64,000 nucleotides of DNA from Alphaproteobacteria bacterium (lineage in GTDB: Bacteria; Pseudomonadota; Alphaproteobacteria; UBA828). The notes beneath the pieces were generated by a model. It ran no database searches. It was given only the letters and a program-made list of their open reading frames with translations, and was not told where the DNA came from. The stretch covers positions 480,001 through 544,000 of the forward strand of contig CBDEFM010000002.1 in assembly GCA_965237415.1 (NCBI GenBank). Reading direction: 5' to 3'. Within the stretch, counting starts at the first letter, position 1. The number at the start of each line of letters is the position of its first letter. The translations under genes and the position numbers were made by a program. This document shows positions 47,004-57,779 of the stretch, piece by piece.

Positions 47004-48386
47004 TCAATAGCGGGCGATCGGCCGCCGGGCCACGGCGAGGAAGCGGCCCGAGAGAAAAATGCTGGCGGAGAGCGCGCCCGCCAGAATGCCCCACATCAGG
47101 CCGTCGACGCCGATCTCGACCTCGAAAGCCAGCACGTAGCCGATCGGCACCGAGACGCCCCACCACGAGATGAGCTGCAGCCCCGGCGGCACCCAGACGT
47201 CGGCGACGCCGCGCAGCGCGCCCATCAGGACCGCCTGCATCCCGTCGAACACCAGAATGATACCGCAAATGCCGATGAGCGACGCGGCTAACGGCAGAAC
47301 GGCCGGGTCGTCGGTGTAGAGGGTTGCAAGCGGCATGCCGAGGCCGAGGAACGGCCCCGCAAAGCAGGCCATGAGGCAGGCGGTGAGTAGGACACCCGCC
47401 CATCCGGCGCGCGTGATATCGGTCGAGTTGCGGCGGCCCACCGCATTGCCGACCCGGATCATGCTCGCCGCGGCGGTCCCGATCGCGACCATGAAGACGA
47501 GTCCGATCAGGTTGTAGCCGATCTGGTAGGCGGCCAGCGAGGTCGTGCCGAGATGGCCGGCCAGCATCACCAGGGCCCCGAAGGCCAACGTCTCGAGACC
47601 CCGTGCGGCGCCCAGCGGATAGCCGATGCGCCTGAGTCGCTTCGAGATCGCCCAGAAATCCGAGACCGGCTGGTGCATACCGAGCGCGCGGGCATCGGGC
47701 AGGCGCAACACGACGACCAAGAGTGCACCGAACATGACCCAGCGCACCAGCGAGGTCGCGATGGCGGCACCTTCCGCCCCCATCTCGGGGCCGCCCCAGT
47801 TGCCGAAGATGAAGATCCAGTTGAGCAATGCGTTGAGAAGCACCGCGGCGAACATGACCAGCATGCCGGGGATCGGCCGGCTGAGGCCCTCCAGGAAGTG
47901 CGTGCACACCACCCACATCATCAGCGCCGGCGAGCCCCAGGCGATCATTTCGAGCACGCGGCCGCCGCCGATGACGACCTCCGGCTCCTGCCCCGTCGCC
48001 TCCAATGTCCAGCGCCCGAGCAGGCAGAGGAGAGCCATGACCACGCCGAGGACGGCGCCGTGGACGAAGCTCACGCGCCAGTAGGCGCCGCAGGCGGCAC
48101 TGTCGCGCGCGCCGTGCGCCTGGGCGACGAGGATAACCGTGCCCTGAAGCAGCCCGACGCCGATCAGGACCATCACCACCTGTGCGGCGTTCGCCGCGGC
48201 GTAGTAGGCGAGGGACTCGGTTCCGTAATGCCCCAGCATCGCGGAATCGATGGCGACCATGACGAGGAGGCCGGCGCGCGCGAAAATCACCGGGCCGGCG
48301 AGCCGGAGCGTCCGAATCAGGTGGCGCTCGAACGGCATGGCCGTGCTCACCGGCCGCTCGGGCGCGACAGCGACTCCCTTAGTCAT
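47004..48386 (-). CDS. MATE family efflux transporter
   Basis: RLAGP, D.AMLG, LNWIFIFG.WG.PEMG..GAAIAT, RVGNAVG, DGMQ..GALRG..D. Confidence 0.92.
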   Translation of the reverse strand: MTKGVAVAPERPVSTAMPFERHLIRTLRLAGPVIFARAGLLVMVAIDSAMLGHYGTESLAYYAAANAAQVVMVLIGVGLLQGTVILVAQAHGARDSAACGAYWRVSFVHGAVLGVVMALLCLLGRWTLEATGQEPEVVIGGGRVLEMIAWGSPALMMWVVCTHFLEGLSRPIPGMLVMFAAVLLNALLNWIFIFGNWGGPEMGAEGAAIATSLVRWVMFGALLVVVLRLPDARALGMHQPVSDFWAISKRLRRIGYPLGAARGLETLAFGALVMLAGHLGTTSLAAYQIGYNLIGLVFMVAIGTAAASMIRVGNAVGRRNSTDITRAGWAGVLLTACLMACFAGPFLGLGMPLATLYTDDPAVLPLAASLIGICGIILVFDGMQAVLMGALRGVADVWVPPGLQLISWWGVSVPIGYVLAFEVEIGVDGLMWGILAGALSASIFLSGRFLAVARRPIARY

Positions 48387-48698
48387 GGCGCCGGACCCTA
48401 ACCGATTTGCCGGGGCAGTAGACAGGATTGCGCACCGGAGAGTCGGGAATTCGCCCGTGCATGCATCGTCGAAAGCGCCGTGGCGGGCCTCGCTTGACTA
48501 AGCCCGATAGGGGGGGCATGAGTTGGCAGCGAGACGATTGGCGCGGCCGGCCGGCTACGGATGAGGGGAGGGGCTGTGATCTACCGGTACCGGCCGGCGA
48601 CGATCGCGTCATCGGGTATGCGCCTACGGCCTCGCCCTTGGGGCAGCACCGACGCAAGGCCGATCGGCGCTGTGGGCGTGCGAACCGGGTACTGACGC

Positions 48699-49748
48699 GT
48701 GTCCGTGACCACGAGGGAGGGCGCGGCCGGAGGCGAGCGGCCGACGCGCCGCGGCGGCGCCTACACGGTATCCGCCGCGACAATTCGCCACTGGCAGGAC
48801 GACGAGCTTCCCGAATGGTTCAAGAAGAAACGCGGTAGCGCGCGCTCGCTGATCGTCAACCGCTGGGTGCCGCGGGTCATGGTCGGCCTGCCGATCGCGG
48901 TGCTCCTCTTCATCGTCGCCTATCCCACCGTGCAGATGGCGTACTACGCCTTCCACGACATCAATATGGTGAGTCTCTTCAAGGGCGACTACGGGCTGGT
49001 CGGCTTCACCAACTTCGAGCGGGTGCTGACCTCCGACCGCTTCCACGGCTCCGTAATTAATCTCATTCAGTACCTGTTTTTCGGCGCGGTGCTTCAGGTG
49101 ATCATCGGCACCGCGCTCGCGCTCATCCTTCACCACTGCGTGCGCAACAACGCCGCCCGGCTCGTCATTCTGGTCATCCTCGTGATGCCCATGATGCTGC
49201 CGCCCTCGATCGTGGGCGTGCTGTGGCGCTTCCTCTTCAACCCGTCGAACGGCGCGATCAACCAGGCGCTGCTCGATATCGGCCTGATCAAGGCGCATAT
49301 CGAGTGGTTCCAGATCGGCATCTCGCTCTGGACCATAACCATTGCCGACATATGGGAATGGACGTCGCTGCCCTTCCTCATTGTCTTCAGCGGCCGACTG
49401 GGCCTGCCGCCTTCGATCTACGAAGCGGCGAGGGTGGACGGCGCCTCGCCCTTCCTCACGCTCCGGCGGATCACGCTGCCGATGCTGAAGGAGGTCATCG
49501 CCATCGCCTTCATCATCCGCTTCATGGATGCGTACAAGTTCGTCGACAAGGTCTACGTCATGACCTCGGGCGGGCCGGCGCAGTCGTCGGAATTGCCCGC
49601 CTACATCGCCTATCAGCGGGGCGTCAGGGAATTCGAGATCGGCGAGGCGGCGGCCTACGCGTGGATCATCTTCCTCTTTGCCATAATTCTGATCACGCTG
49701 TTTCTGCGCTACCTGAAGCGCGTGCTGCGCGCGCAGGCAATCGCGTGA
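48699..49748 (+). CDS. Carbohydrate ABC transporter permease
   Basis: VGFTNF, PMMLPP, ADIWEWT, YEAARVDGAS, MTSGGP. Confidence 0.9.
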   Translation: MSVTTREGAAGGERPTRRGGAYTVSAATIRHWQDDELPEWFKKKRGSARSLIVNRWVPRVMVGLPIAVLLFIVAYPTVQMAYYAFHDINMVSLFKGDYGLVGFTNFERVLTSDRFHGSVINLIQYLFFGAVLQVIIGTALALILHHCVRNNAARLVILVILVMPMMLPPSIVGVLWRFLFNPSNGAINQALLDIGLIKAHIEWFQIGISLWTITIADIWEWTSLPFLIVFSGRLGLPPSIYEAARVDGASPFLTLRRITLPMLKEVIAIAFIIRFMDAYKFVDKVYVMTSGGPAQSSELPAYIAYQRGVREFEIGEAAAYAWIIFLFAIILITLFLRYLKRVLRAQAIA

Positions 49749-49758
49749 GACCGCCGGC

Positions 49759-50598
49759 ATGAGCCAAAAGAGCTACAGGCTGGTCCGGCTCCTGCTGCTG
49801 ATGTTCCTTGGCCTGTGGCTGGTGCTGATCATGTTCCCCTTCTACTTCCAGATCATCACCTCGCTGAAGGACGTGGCGGAGGTGAACCGCATCGCGCCCA
49901 CGTTCTGGCCCGAAGTGTTCGTGTTCCAAAACTATTCCGCGATCTGGAACGAGCCGGGCAACTTCAAGTCGCTGATCGACAGCTTCATCATCGCCACCGG
50001 CAACACGATCCTGTCGCTGTTCTTCGGCACGTTGGCGGGCTACGCGCTGGCGCGCTTTCCGCGCCAATCGGGCGGCGAGAACGTGGCGATGTGGATCCTG
50101 TCGAACCGCATGTTCCCGCCGGTCGCCGTGCTGTTGCCGATGTTCTTCCTGTTCGAGGAGCTGTTCGGCACCACCGACACGCACATGGCGCTGATCATCC
50201 TCTATCTGGTGTTCAACATGCCGCTCGCGGTGTGGCTGATGATGGTCTTCTTCCGCGACGTGCCGCGCGAGCTGGAGGAGGCGGCTTACGTGGACGGCCA
50301 CAATCCGTTCAAGGTGTTCTTCACGATCACGCTGCCGCTGGTGGGGCCCGGCATGATCGCGGTCGCCATGCTTTGCTGGATCTTCGCGTGGAACGAGTAT
50401 CTGTTCGCCAACATGTTCATCGGCACGGACGTGAAGACCTTCCCGGTCATCATCCCGAGCTTCACGAGCGGCAGCCAGACGCTGTGGAATCTGGTCATGG
50501 CCTTTAGCCTCGTTGCAATGATCCCGCCGGTGGTGCTCTTCATCATCTTGCGCCGCTACATGGTGCGGGGTCTCTCGCTCGGCGTGGTGAAGGGCTGA
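49759..50598 (+). CDS. Carbohydrate ABC transporter permease
   Basis: TSLK, AGYALARF, ELEEAAYVDG, FAWNEYLFA. Confidence 0.92.
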   Translation: MSQKSYRLVRLLLLMFLGLWLVLIMFPFYFQIITSLKDVAEVNRIAPTFWPEVFVFQNYSAIWNEPGNFKSLIDSFIIATGNTILSLFFGTLAGYALARFPRQSGGENVAMWILSNRMFPPVAVLLPMFFLFEELFGTTDTHMALIILYLVFNMPLAVWLMMVFFRDVPRELEEAAYVDGHNPFKVFFTITLPLVGPGMIAVAMLCWIFAWNEYLFANMFIGTDVKTFPVIIPSFTSGSQTLWNLVMAFSLVAMIPPVVLFIILRRYMVRGLSLGVVKG

Positions 50599-50599
50599 G

Positions 50600-51709
50600 A
50601 TGTCGCGGCTGGAACTCCAGGGCATCTGCAAGGGATGGGACTATCCCATCCTGGACGAGCTCGACCTGACCATCCAGGACGGCGAGTTCTTCTGCATCCT
50701 CGGGCCGTCGGGCATCAGCAAGACGACGCTCCTGCGTATCGTCGCCGGTCTCGAATTGCCGGATGCCGGGCGGGTCATCCTGGGCGGCAAGGACATCACC
50801 GACGTGCCGCCCTATCACCGGCCCGTAGCGCTCACCTTCGAGAGCTACGCGCTCTATCCCCACCGCAGCGTCTTCGACAACATCGCGAGCCCGCTGAGAG
50901 CGCAGAGGCTGCCGCGCGGCGAAATCGAGGCGCGCGTTGTCGAGGTGGCGCGGATCCTGCGCATCGAAGAGCTGCTGCCGCGCCGGCCGAACGAAGCTTC
51001 GGGCGGTCAGATGCAGCGAATCTCGCTCGCGCGCACCCTGGTCAAGCGGCCCGAGGTCTTCCTCCTCGATGAGCCGATCAGCCATCTCGATGCGCGCATC
51101 CGCCATGAGCTGCGCCAGCAGTTCCATCGCCTGCAAGCGCTTCGTGCCGTCGCAACCATCTATGTGACTCACGACTATACGGAAGCGCTCTCGTTGGGCG
51201 ACCGGGTGGGCATCATGGGGCGCGCGGGCCTCGTGCAGACCGGCCTGCCGCGGGACATCTTCGAGCGGCCGAACTCGCTCTTCGTCGCTCAGCATGTGGG
51301 CCAACCGCCCATCAACCTGATCGACTGCGAGCTCCGGCGCGTGGACGGCGCGCTGCGCGTGGAGAGTCAGGAAACGCAGCTCTCCTTCCCGCTAGCCGCC
51401 GACCATGTAGCCACCCTGGAGGCGCGCAACGAGCCGACACTGGTCGCCGGCATCAGGCCGCAACATCTTGAGGCGTTGGATGACGATGCGGATGCGGGCG
51501 ACCGGCAGATGCTCGAAGGCCGCGCCGAGCTTTACGAGGCGCTGGGCTCGATGGGTGTGCTTGTCGTCGATGTCGGCGGCGCGAAGCTCACCGTAATCAC
51601 GGCGCCCCATGCGAATTTGGAGCCGGGTCAGCCGCTCCGGATCGCGCTCAGAACCGAGTGCGTGCACTATTTCGACATGCAGAATGGCGTTTCCCTACTC
51701 GACGGGTGA
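50600..51709 (+). CDS. MalK-like ABC ATP-binding protein (variant Walker A)
   Basis: GPSGISKTT, YALYPH, ASGGQ, LLDEPISHLD, YVTHD, C-terminal TOBE-like region. Confidence 0.9.
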   Translation: MSRLELQGICKGWDYPILDELDLTIQDGEFFCILGPSGISKTTLLRIVAGLELPDAGRVILGGKDITDVPPYHRPVALTFESYALYPHRSVFDNIASPLRAQRLPRGEIEARVVEVARILRIEELLPRRPNEASGGQMQRISLARTLVKRPEVFLLDEPISHLDARIRHELRQQFHRLQALRAVATIYVTHDYTEALSLGDRVGIMGRAGLVQTGLPRDIFERPNSLFVAQHVGQPPINLIDCELRRVDGALRVESQETQLSFPLAADHVATLEARNEPTLVAGIRPQHLEALDDDADAGDRQMLEGRAELYEALGSMGVLVVDVGGAKLTVITAPHANLEPGQPLRIALRTECVHYFDMQNGVSLLDG

Positions 51710-51714
51710 CGGCG

Positions 51715-52815
51715 ATGGCGGAAGTCAGACTCAGCGAGGTCAACAAGGTCTATGAGGGCCGCGGCCAGCAGGTTCACGCGGTGCGTGACCTCGATCTCGT
51801 GGTGGAGGACGGCGAGTTTGTCTCGATCGTGGGGCCGTCGGGCTGCGGCAAGTCCACCACGTTGCGCATGATCGTCGGCCTGGAGAAGGCGACCTCCGGC
51901 CAGATCATGTTCGACGGTGCCATGGTCAACGACCTCGATCCGCAGGCCCGGAACGTCGCAATGGCGTTCGAGAACTACGCGCTCTATCCCAACTTCGACG
52001 CCGAGGAGAATATCGGGTTCCCGCTGGAGGCGAGGGGGGTGCCCAAGCAGGAGCGCCGGCGCCGAGTCCGTGCACTGGCGGAACTCCTCCAGATCGAGAA
52101 TATTCTGCACCAGCGGCCCAACACGCTTTCCGGCGGTCAGAAGCAGCGCGTATCGCTAGCGCGTGCGCTCATCCGCGAGCCCGCCGCGTTCATCCTCGAC
52201 GAGGTGCTGGGCCATGTGGACGGGCACCTGCGCTTCCAGATGCTGTTCGACCTCAAGCGCCTCCACCAGTCGCTCGACAGCACGATGATCTTCGTCACCC
52301 ACGATCAGATGGAGGCGATCGCGCTCTCGGACCGGATCGCCGTGCTCCATCAAGGCCGACTCGTGCAGAGCGGCACGCGGGACGAGCTCTATGACACCCC
52401 CGCGACAAGGTTCGTTGCCGACTTTGTCGGCGAGCCCCCGACCAACTTCTTCGACGCCCGGTTCGCCGAGGAGGGAGGTGAGGGAATCCTGCATGCGGAC
52501 GATCTCGCCCTGCGTCCGACGCCCGAAACCGCAGCCCGTCTGCGCTCTCGCGGCGATGAGCGCTATGTCGTTGGCATCCGTCCGCAAAACCTGTTATGCA
52601 CCCCACGAGCGGGCACGACCAGTTTCGACGCCACGATCGAGATCCATGAATATTTGGGGGAGCGCTCCATCCTCACCCTGCGCCGGGGCCGACACAGTTT
52701 CCAGGCCCTCGCGTCGGCCGAGGGAGCGTGGACTGAGGGCGACCCACTCACGCTCTACTACAGGCCCGACGACATCATGGTGTTCGACGCGGAGTCGGAG
52801 GCCTTAATCGCCTGA
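51715..52815 (+). CDS. MalK-like ABC ATP-binding protein
   Basis: GPSGCGKST, LSGGQKQR, ILDE, FVTHDQ. Confidence 0.92.
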   Translation: MAEVRLSEVNKVYEGRGQQVHAVRDLDLVVEDGEFVSIVGPSGCGKSTTLRMIVGLEKATSGQIMFDGAMVNDLDPQARNVAMAFENYALYPNFDAEENIGFPLEARGVPKQERRRRVRALAELLQIENILHQRPNTLSGGQKQRVSLARALIREPAAFILDEVLGHVDGHLRFQMLFDLKRLHQSLDSTMIFVTHDQMEAIALSDRIAVLHQGRLVQSGTRDELYDTPATRFVADFVGEPPTNFFDARFAEEGGEGILHADDLALRPTPETAARLRSRGDERYVVGIRPQNLLCTPRAGTTSFDATIEIHEYLGERSILTLRRGRHSFQALASAEGAWTEGDPLTLYYRPDDIMVFDAESEALIA

Positions 52816-52878
52816 GCGCGGCCGGGCGGAGTACCGAGCGGCAATGTTTCTGGGTTGAAAGCATGAAGGAGACAAGCA

Positions 52879-54426
52879 ATGGGTATGTTTAGCCACATCA
52901 CGCGGCGAAAGTTCCTGAAGGGCGCAGCGGCCGGCGCGGCGGCTCTCGGTGCCTCGGGTGTTGCGGCGCCGCGTCTCGGCCGTGCGGCCCAGGCAGTGCC
53001 GCCTGGCAAGAAGCTCTTCAACGACATCGAGCTCACCTACTTTCAGGATTCCAACTGGCTCCATGCGCCGCTCTGGCTTTCCGACCATCTGATGGCGGAG
53101 GCGGGCGTCGGCATCAAGAGCCGGGAGCAGTACGACGGTGGCGATGCGGTCGCCAAGATTCTGCCGCAGCTCCTCTCGCGCAACCCGCGCTTCGACTGGT
53201 TCCAGTTCCCGAGCCTGTTCTTCGGCGCATTCGCCGAAACCGGCCAGCTCGAGCCGCTGGATAAGTATCTGGAGAAGTACGAGGGCACGTCGGAGTATCT
53301 GGACTGGGTTATGCCCGCCTACAGCGAGTTCTATACGAAGTGGGCCGGCCAGACCTACGGCATCATGCTCGATGGCGATATCCACATCCTCCACTACCGC
53401 AAGTCCTTCTTCGAGCGGCCGGAGCTTCAGAAGAAGTTCTCCAAGCGCTTCCAGCGTGATCTCGCCGTGCCGAAGACTTGGTTCGAGTTCCTCGATGCGA
53501 CGCAGTTCTTCACCGAGGAGCTTAGCGAATCCGAGGGCGTGTACGGCTCCTCCATGGTCATCAATCCGCCGAACTTCGGCTGGGGCTTCTGGATGGACGT
53601 CGCCGCGGGCAACGGGGTCAACTATTTCGACGAGAACATGAACCCCACGATCAACACGGCACAGGCCGTCGAGGCGCTCGACCTCTTCAAGGAGATCGTC
53701 CAGTTCGGCCCTCCGGGCAAGGAGTCCCTGGGTCTCTCCACCAGCATCCAGCGCTGGCAGTCGGGCGGCGACGTGATGTCGATCTGGTGGATCGACCTCG
53801 CCGAGTTCACGGTGCAGCAGCAGGGCATGGAGCGCGCCGAGGATCAGCGCGGCGACATCGTTCCCGGCTGGCCGCAAGAAGACGGCTCCATCAACCACCG
53901 CGCGATCTCGCTCTGGTGCCGCACCGGCGCCATTCCGAAGAACGCACCGGAGGACGTGAAGGAAGCCGCGTTCTACTTCCTCTACCGGATGTCGCATCCG
54001 GACTACTCGGATGACATCGTGGCGGACGAGTATTGCGGCTCCGATCCGTTCGGTCTGAGCCACTACACCGACGCCGCAGCGCAGAAGTATCTGGAGCCCA
54101 ATCCGCAGCGTGGGACTACCGACCTCTGGGCCACGAACTCGGGTATCTTCCAGAACTTCGACACGGCGCGGAACCATCTCGACGCGGGCCTGAAGAACGT
54201 CGAGGTCGGTTATCCTCAGTTCTTCTGGGAGGGTGCCTCCGAGTACGGCGATGCGCTTGGCCGAAATATCCAGAAGGCAATCGCCGGCCGGCTCACCAGC
54301 CAGCAGGCGCTCGACGAGGCGGCCGAGGAATGGGTCCAGATCGTGCAGAAGCTGGGCATCGATAGTCAGATGGCCCAATACGCCAACTTTGTGCAGGGCG
54401 CTCGTTCGCTCGGCTACAAGATCTGA
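52879..54426 (+). CDS. Carbohydrate ABC substrate-binding protein, Tat-exported
   Basis: TRRKFLK twin-arginine signal; LEPLD, DGD...L.YRK, VPKTW, QQALDEAA; GGAG RBS. Confidence 0.9.
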   Translation: MGMFSHITRRKFLKGAAAGAAALGASGVAAPRLGRAAQAVPPGKKLFNDIELTYFQDSNWLHAPLWLSDHLMAEAGVGIKSREQYDGGDAVAKILPQLLSRNPRFDWFQFPSLFFGAFAETGQLEPLDKYLEKYEGTSEYLDWVMPAYSEFYTKWAGQTYGIMLDGDIHILHYRKSFFERPELQKKFSKRFQRDLAVPKTWFEFLDATQFFTEELSESEGVYGSSMVINPPNFGWGFWMDVAAGNGVNYFDENMNPTINTAQAVEALDLFKEIVQFGPPGKESLGLSTSIQRWQSGGDVMSIWWIDLAEFTVQQQGMERAEDQRGDIVPGWPQEDGSINHRAISLWCRTGAIPKNAPEDVKEAAFYFLYRMSHPDYSDDIVADEYCGSDPFGLSHYTDAAAQKYLEPNPQRGTTDLWATNSGIFQNFDTARNHLDAGLKNVEVGYPQFFWEGASEYGDALGRNIQKAIAGRLTSQQALDEAAEEWVQIVQKLGIDSQMAQYANFVQGARSLGYKI

Positions 54427-54439
54427 CGAAACACCAGGT

Positions 54440-54486
54440 GGCCGCGGTGCCGTGCCTTTCGGGCGCGATGCCGCGGCCCTTTGTTT
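54440..54486 (+). terminator. Probable intrinsic terminator
   Basis: GGCCGCGG...CCGCGGCC stem followed by CTTTGTTT after the SBP stop. Confidence 0.6.
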
Positions 54487-54557
54487 GGCGCGTTGCGGGC
54501 CACCGGAGGTTTGGAAGCGGGGCTAAAGGACCGTTCCCCTCTTCCTGAGAGCAGCCG

Positions 54558-56165
54558 ATGAATCAGCGAGGACCCCACATCAGTCGTCACGGACTGGACC
54601 GACACGGCATCGGCAACGTCGCCGCTGCCCACTGGAATTATCGCAGACCCGCCCTCTACGAAGAATCGGTGCGCCGCGGCGAGGCGCAGATCGCCGAGGG
54701 CGGCGCACTTATCGCGATGACCGGCGCCCACACGGGGCGTTCGCCCAACGACAAGTACATCGTGCGCGAGCCGTCCTCCGAGCACGACATCTGGTGGGGC
54801 GACGTCAATCGCCCGATCTCGAGGGACGCCTTCAACGACATCCATGGCCGCGTGGCGGCCTATCTTCAGGGCAAGGAGGTCTTCGTCCAGGACTGCCATG
54901 CCGGCGCCGCTCAGGGCTACCGGCTGCCGATCCGCGTCGTCTCAGAGCTGGCGTGGCACAGCCTGTTCGCACGTAATCTGTTCATAACGCCGGCAGACGA
55001 GGATTTGGCGGATCACGAACCGCAGTTCACCATCCTTCAGGTGCCGGGCTTCAAGGCGCGTCCCGAGACCGACGGGACCAACTCCGAGACCGTGGTGCTG
55101 CTGGATTTCGCCCGGCGCCTGGTGCTCATCGGCGGCACCGCCTACGCCGGCGAGTGCAAGAAGTCGGTCTTCACCATTATGAACTACCTCATGCCGGCAC
55201 GCGACGTGCTGCCCATGCACTGTTCCGTCAGTGTCGGGGAGGACGGCACCCCTGCGGTCTTCTTTGGTCTCTCCGGCACCGGCAAGACCACGCTCTCCGC
55301 CGACCCGCACAGGATGCTTCTCGGCGACGACGAGCACGGCTGGAGCCAGGATGGCCTCTTCAACTTCGAAGGCGGCTGCTACGCCAAGGTGATTCACCTC
55401 TCAGCAAGCGCCGAGCCCGCGATCCACGCCACCACACGGATGTTCGGCACCGTGCTCGAGAACGTCGTGATGGATCCAGACACGCACATCCTCGATCTCG
55501 ACGACGGTAGTCATACCGAGAACACCAGGGGCGCCTATCCGCTGGCATCGATCCCGAACGCGAGTTCTACCGGCGTCTCCGATCACCCGACCAACATTGT
55601 CATGTTGACTGCGGACGCCTTCGGTGTACTGCCGCCCATTGCCCGTCTCACCCCGGAGCAGGCGATCTATCACTTCCTCTCCGGCTACACGGCGAAGGTT
55701 GCCGGGACGGAGAGGGGCCTCGGGCGGGAGCCGCAGGCGACCTTCTCCACCTGTTTCGGGGCTCCCTTCATGCCGCGACGCCCGACAACCTATGCGCGCC
55801 TGCTGCGCGAGCGGATCGCGATGACCGGCGCCGTGTGTTGGCTGGTCAATACCGGCTGGACGGGCGGCCCCTACGGCACCGGCGAGCGCATGGAAATCGG
55901 CCACACACGGGCCCTGCTCAGTGCTGCGTTGGAAGGTAAACTCGACGGCGTGGCCTGCTCGCGCGATAACCCGTTCGGCCTGGCCGTGCCCAGGCACTGC
56001 CCGGGAGTACCGGATACGGTGCTCGACGCTCGCGGCACCTGGGCGGACAAGAATGCCTATGACGAGCAGGCCCGCGATTTGGTGGGCCGCTTCCACGCCA
56101 ACTTCACCCAGTTTTCCCGCGAGGTCGACAAAGGGGTCCAGGCGGCCGCGCCGATGGCCGCCTGA
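54558..56165 (+). CDS. pckA: Phosphoenolpyruvate carboxykinase (ATP)
   Basis: [42 protein letters not shown]. Confidence 0.97.
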   Translation: MNQRGPHISRHGLDRHGIGNVAAAHWNYRRPALYEESVRRGEAQIAEGGALIAMTGAHTGRSPNDKYIVREPSSEHDIWWGDVNRPISRDAFNDIHGRVAAYLQGKEVFVQDCHAGAAQGYRLPIRVVSELAWHSLFARNLFITPADEDLADHEPQFTILQVPGFKARPETDGTNSETVVLLDFARRLVLIGGTAYAGECKKSVFTIMNYLMPARDVLPMHCSVSVGEDGTPAVFFGLSGTGKTTLSADPHRMLLGDDEHGWSQDGLFNFEGGCYAKVIHLSASAEPAIHATTRMFGTVLENVVMDPDTHILDLDDGSHTENTRGAYPLASIPNASSTGVSDHPTNIVMLTADAFGVLPPIARLTPEQAIYHFLSGYTAKVAGTERGLGREPQATFSTCFGAPFMPRRPTTYARLLRERIAMTGAVCWLVNTGWTGGPYGTGERMEIGHTRALLSAALEGKLDGVACSRDNPFGLAVPRHCPGVPDTVLDARGTWADKNAYDEQARDLVGRFHANFTQFSREVDKGVQAAAPMAA

Positions 56166-56267
56166 CTCGGGCGGTCTTGTCTCTCTTCACCCGAAGCACC
56201 ACGTTGGCTGTAGGGTGCGTTCGCAGACCGCACGGCCGGTGCAGGTATCGTCAGGATGGATGACTCC

Positions 56268-57770
56268 ATGAAGATTGCATTTTCCGAGATTTCGACGCCA
56301 TCCAAGGGTGTCATTGCCGTTGGCGTGACGGAGGATCGCACCCTGGGCGCCACGGCGCGCGCGCTCGACGAGCAGAGCGGCGGCGTGCTTGGCCGTGCGC
56401 TTGCCGCCGGCCGCTTCACCGGTAAGCGGGGGACGTCCACCACGATCGTCGCTCCTCATGGGCTAGAGGTCGATGCCGTAACCCTGGTCGGCCTCGGTCA
56501 ACCGGGGAAGATCGACGGCCGCCAGCTGCGGGCGCTCGGCGGAGCGGTTGTCGGCAAGATGAACGCCGCGGGCGCGAAGACGGGCGCCATTGCCGTGGAT
56601 GCGGTCGACGGTGCGGCCATGACGCCACCCGCGATGGCGGCGGAGATCGCCCTCGGCGCGCGTCTCGGCAGCTACAGCTTCGACAAGTATCACACCAAGA
56701 AGAAGGAAGAGGACATGAAGTCACTCGGCCGGTTGACCGTGATGCTCGACGAGCCGGCGGCGGCGGAAGGCGCCTTCGCGCCCAACGGCTGCCTCGCCGA
56801 CGGCGTCTTCGTCACACGCGATCTGGTCTCCGAGCCAAGCAACGTCAAGTATCCCAAGACCATCACCCAGGATATCGAGGCCCTGGTCGAGGACGGGATC
56901 GAAGTGGAACTCTTCGACCGGGAGAGGATGGCGTCGCTCGGCATGGGATCGCTGCTCGGCGTCGCCCAGGGCAGCGAGCGCGAACCCTACCTCGCCATCA
57001 TGCGCTGGAACGGTGCGCCCGAGGGAGCCGACGCGCAGCCTGTCGCCTTCGTCGGCAAGGGGGTGACCTTCGATACCGGCGGCATCTCCATCAAGCCGAG
57101 CCAGGGCATGGAGGAGATGAAATACGACATGGCCGGCGCGGCGACCGTGATCGGACTGATGAAGTGTCTGGCCGGCCGCAAGGCCCGGGTCAACGCGATC
57201 GGAGTCGTGGGGCTGGTCGAGAACATGCCGGATGGCAAAGCGCAGCGCCCGGGCGACGTTGTCACTTCCATGTCGGGCCAGACCATCGAGGTTATCAACA
57301 CCGATGCCGAAGGGCGCCTCGTGCTCGCCGATGCGCTCTGGTACACCCAGGCGACCTTCAAGCCTAAGTTTATTGTCGATCTCGCGACGTTGACCGGCGC
57401 CGTCATCATCAGCCTCGGCACCTACCAGGCGGGCCTCTTCAGCAACGACGACGAGCTGTCGGAGCGGCTGATCGCTGCGGGCAAGGAGAGCGGCGAGGAG
57501 GTCTGGCGCCTGCCGCTCGGCGAGCGCTACGACAAGGACATCGACTCGGCCATTGCGGACATGAAGAACGTCGGCAAGGGGCGGGAAGCCGGCAGCGTGA
57601 CCGCCGCGCAGTTCCTGCAACGCTTTGTCAACGATGTGCCGTGGGCCCACCTCGATATCGCGGGCATGGCGTGGATGAAGCGCGGCGACGATCCGACCGT
57701 GCCGAAGGGCGCGTCCGGCTACGGTGTGCGGCTTCTCGATCAATTGATCCGCGCGCACTACGAGGCCTGA
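56268..57770 (+). CDS. pepA: Leucyl aminopeptidase (M17)
   Basis: VGKGVTFDTGG, MKYDMAG, NTDAEGRL, DLATLTG, HLDIAG; start 56256 or 56268. Confidence 0.96.
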   Translation: MKIAFSEISTPSKGVIAVGVTEDRTLGATARALDEQSGGVLGRALAAGRFTGKRGTSTTIVAPHGLEVDAVTLVGLGQPGKIDGRQLRALGGAVVGKMNAAGAKTGAIAVDAVDGAAMTPPAMAAEIALGARLGSYSFDKYHTKKKEEDMKSLGRLTVMLDEPAAAEGAFAPNGCLADGVFVTRDLVSEPSNVKYPKTITQDIEALVEDGIEVELFDRERMASLGMGSLLGVAQGSEREPYLAIMRWNGAPEGADAQPVAFVGKGVTFDTGGISIKPSQGMEEMKYDMAGAATVIGLMKCLAGRKARVNAIGVVGLVENMPDGKAQRPGDVVTSMSGQTIEVINTDAEGRLVLADALWYTQATFKPKFIVDLATLTGAVIISLGTYQAGLFSNDDELSERLIAAGKESGEEVWRLPLGERYDKDIDSAIADMKNVGKGREAGSVTAAQFLQRFVNDVPWAHLDIAGMAWMKRGDDPTVPKGASGYGVRLLDQLIRAHYEA

Positions 57771-57779
57771 AGCCCGGCA

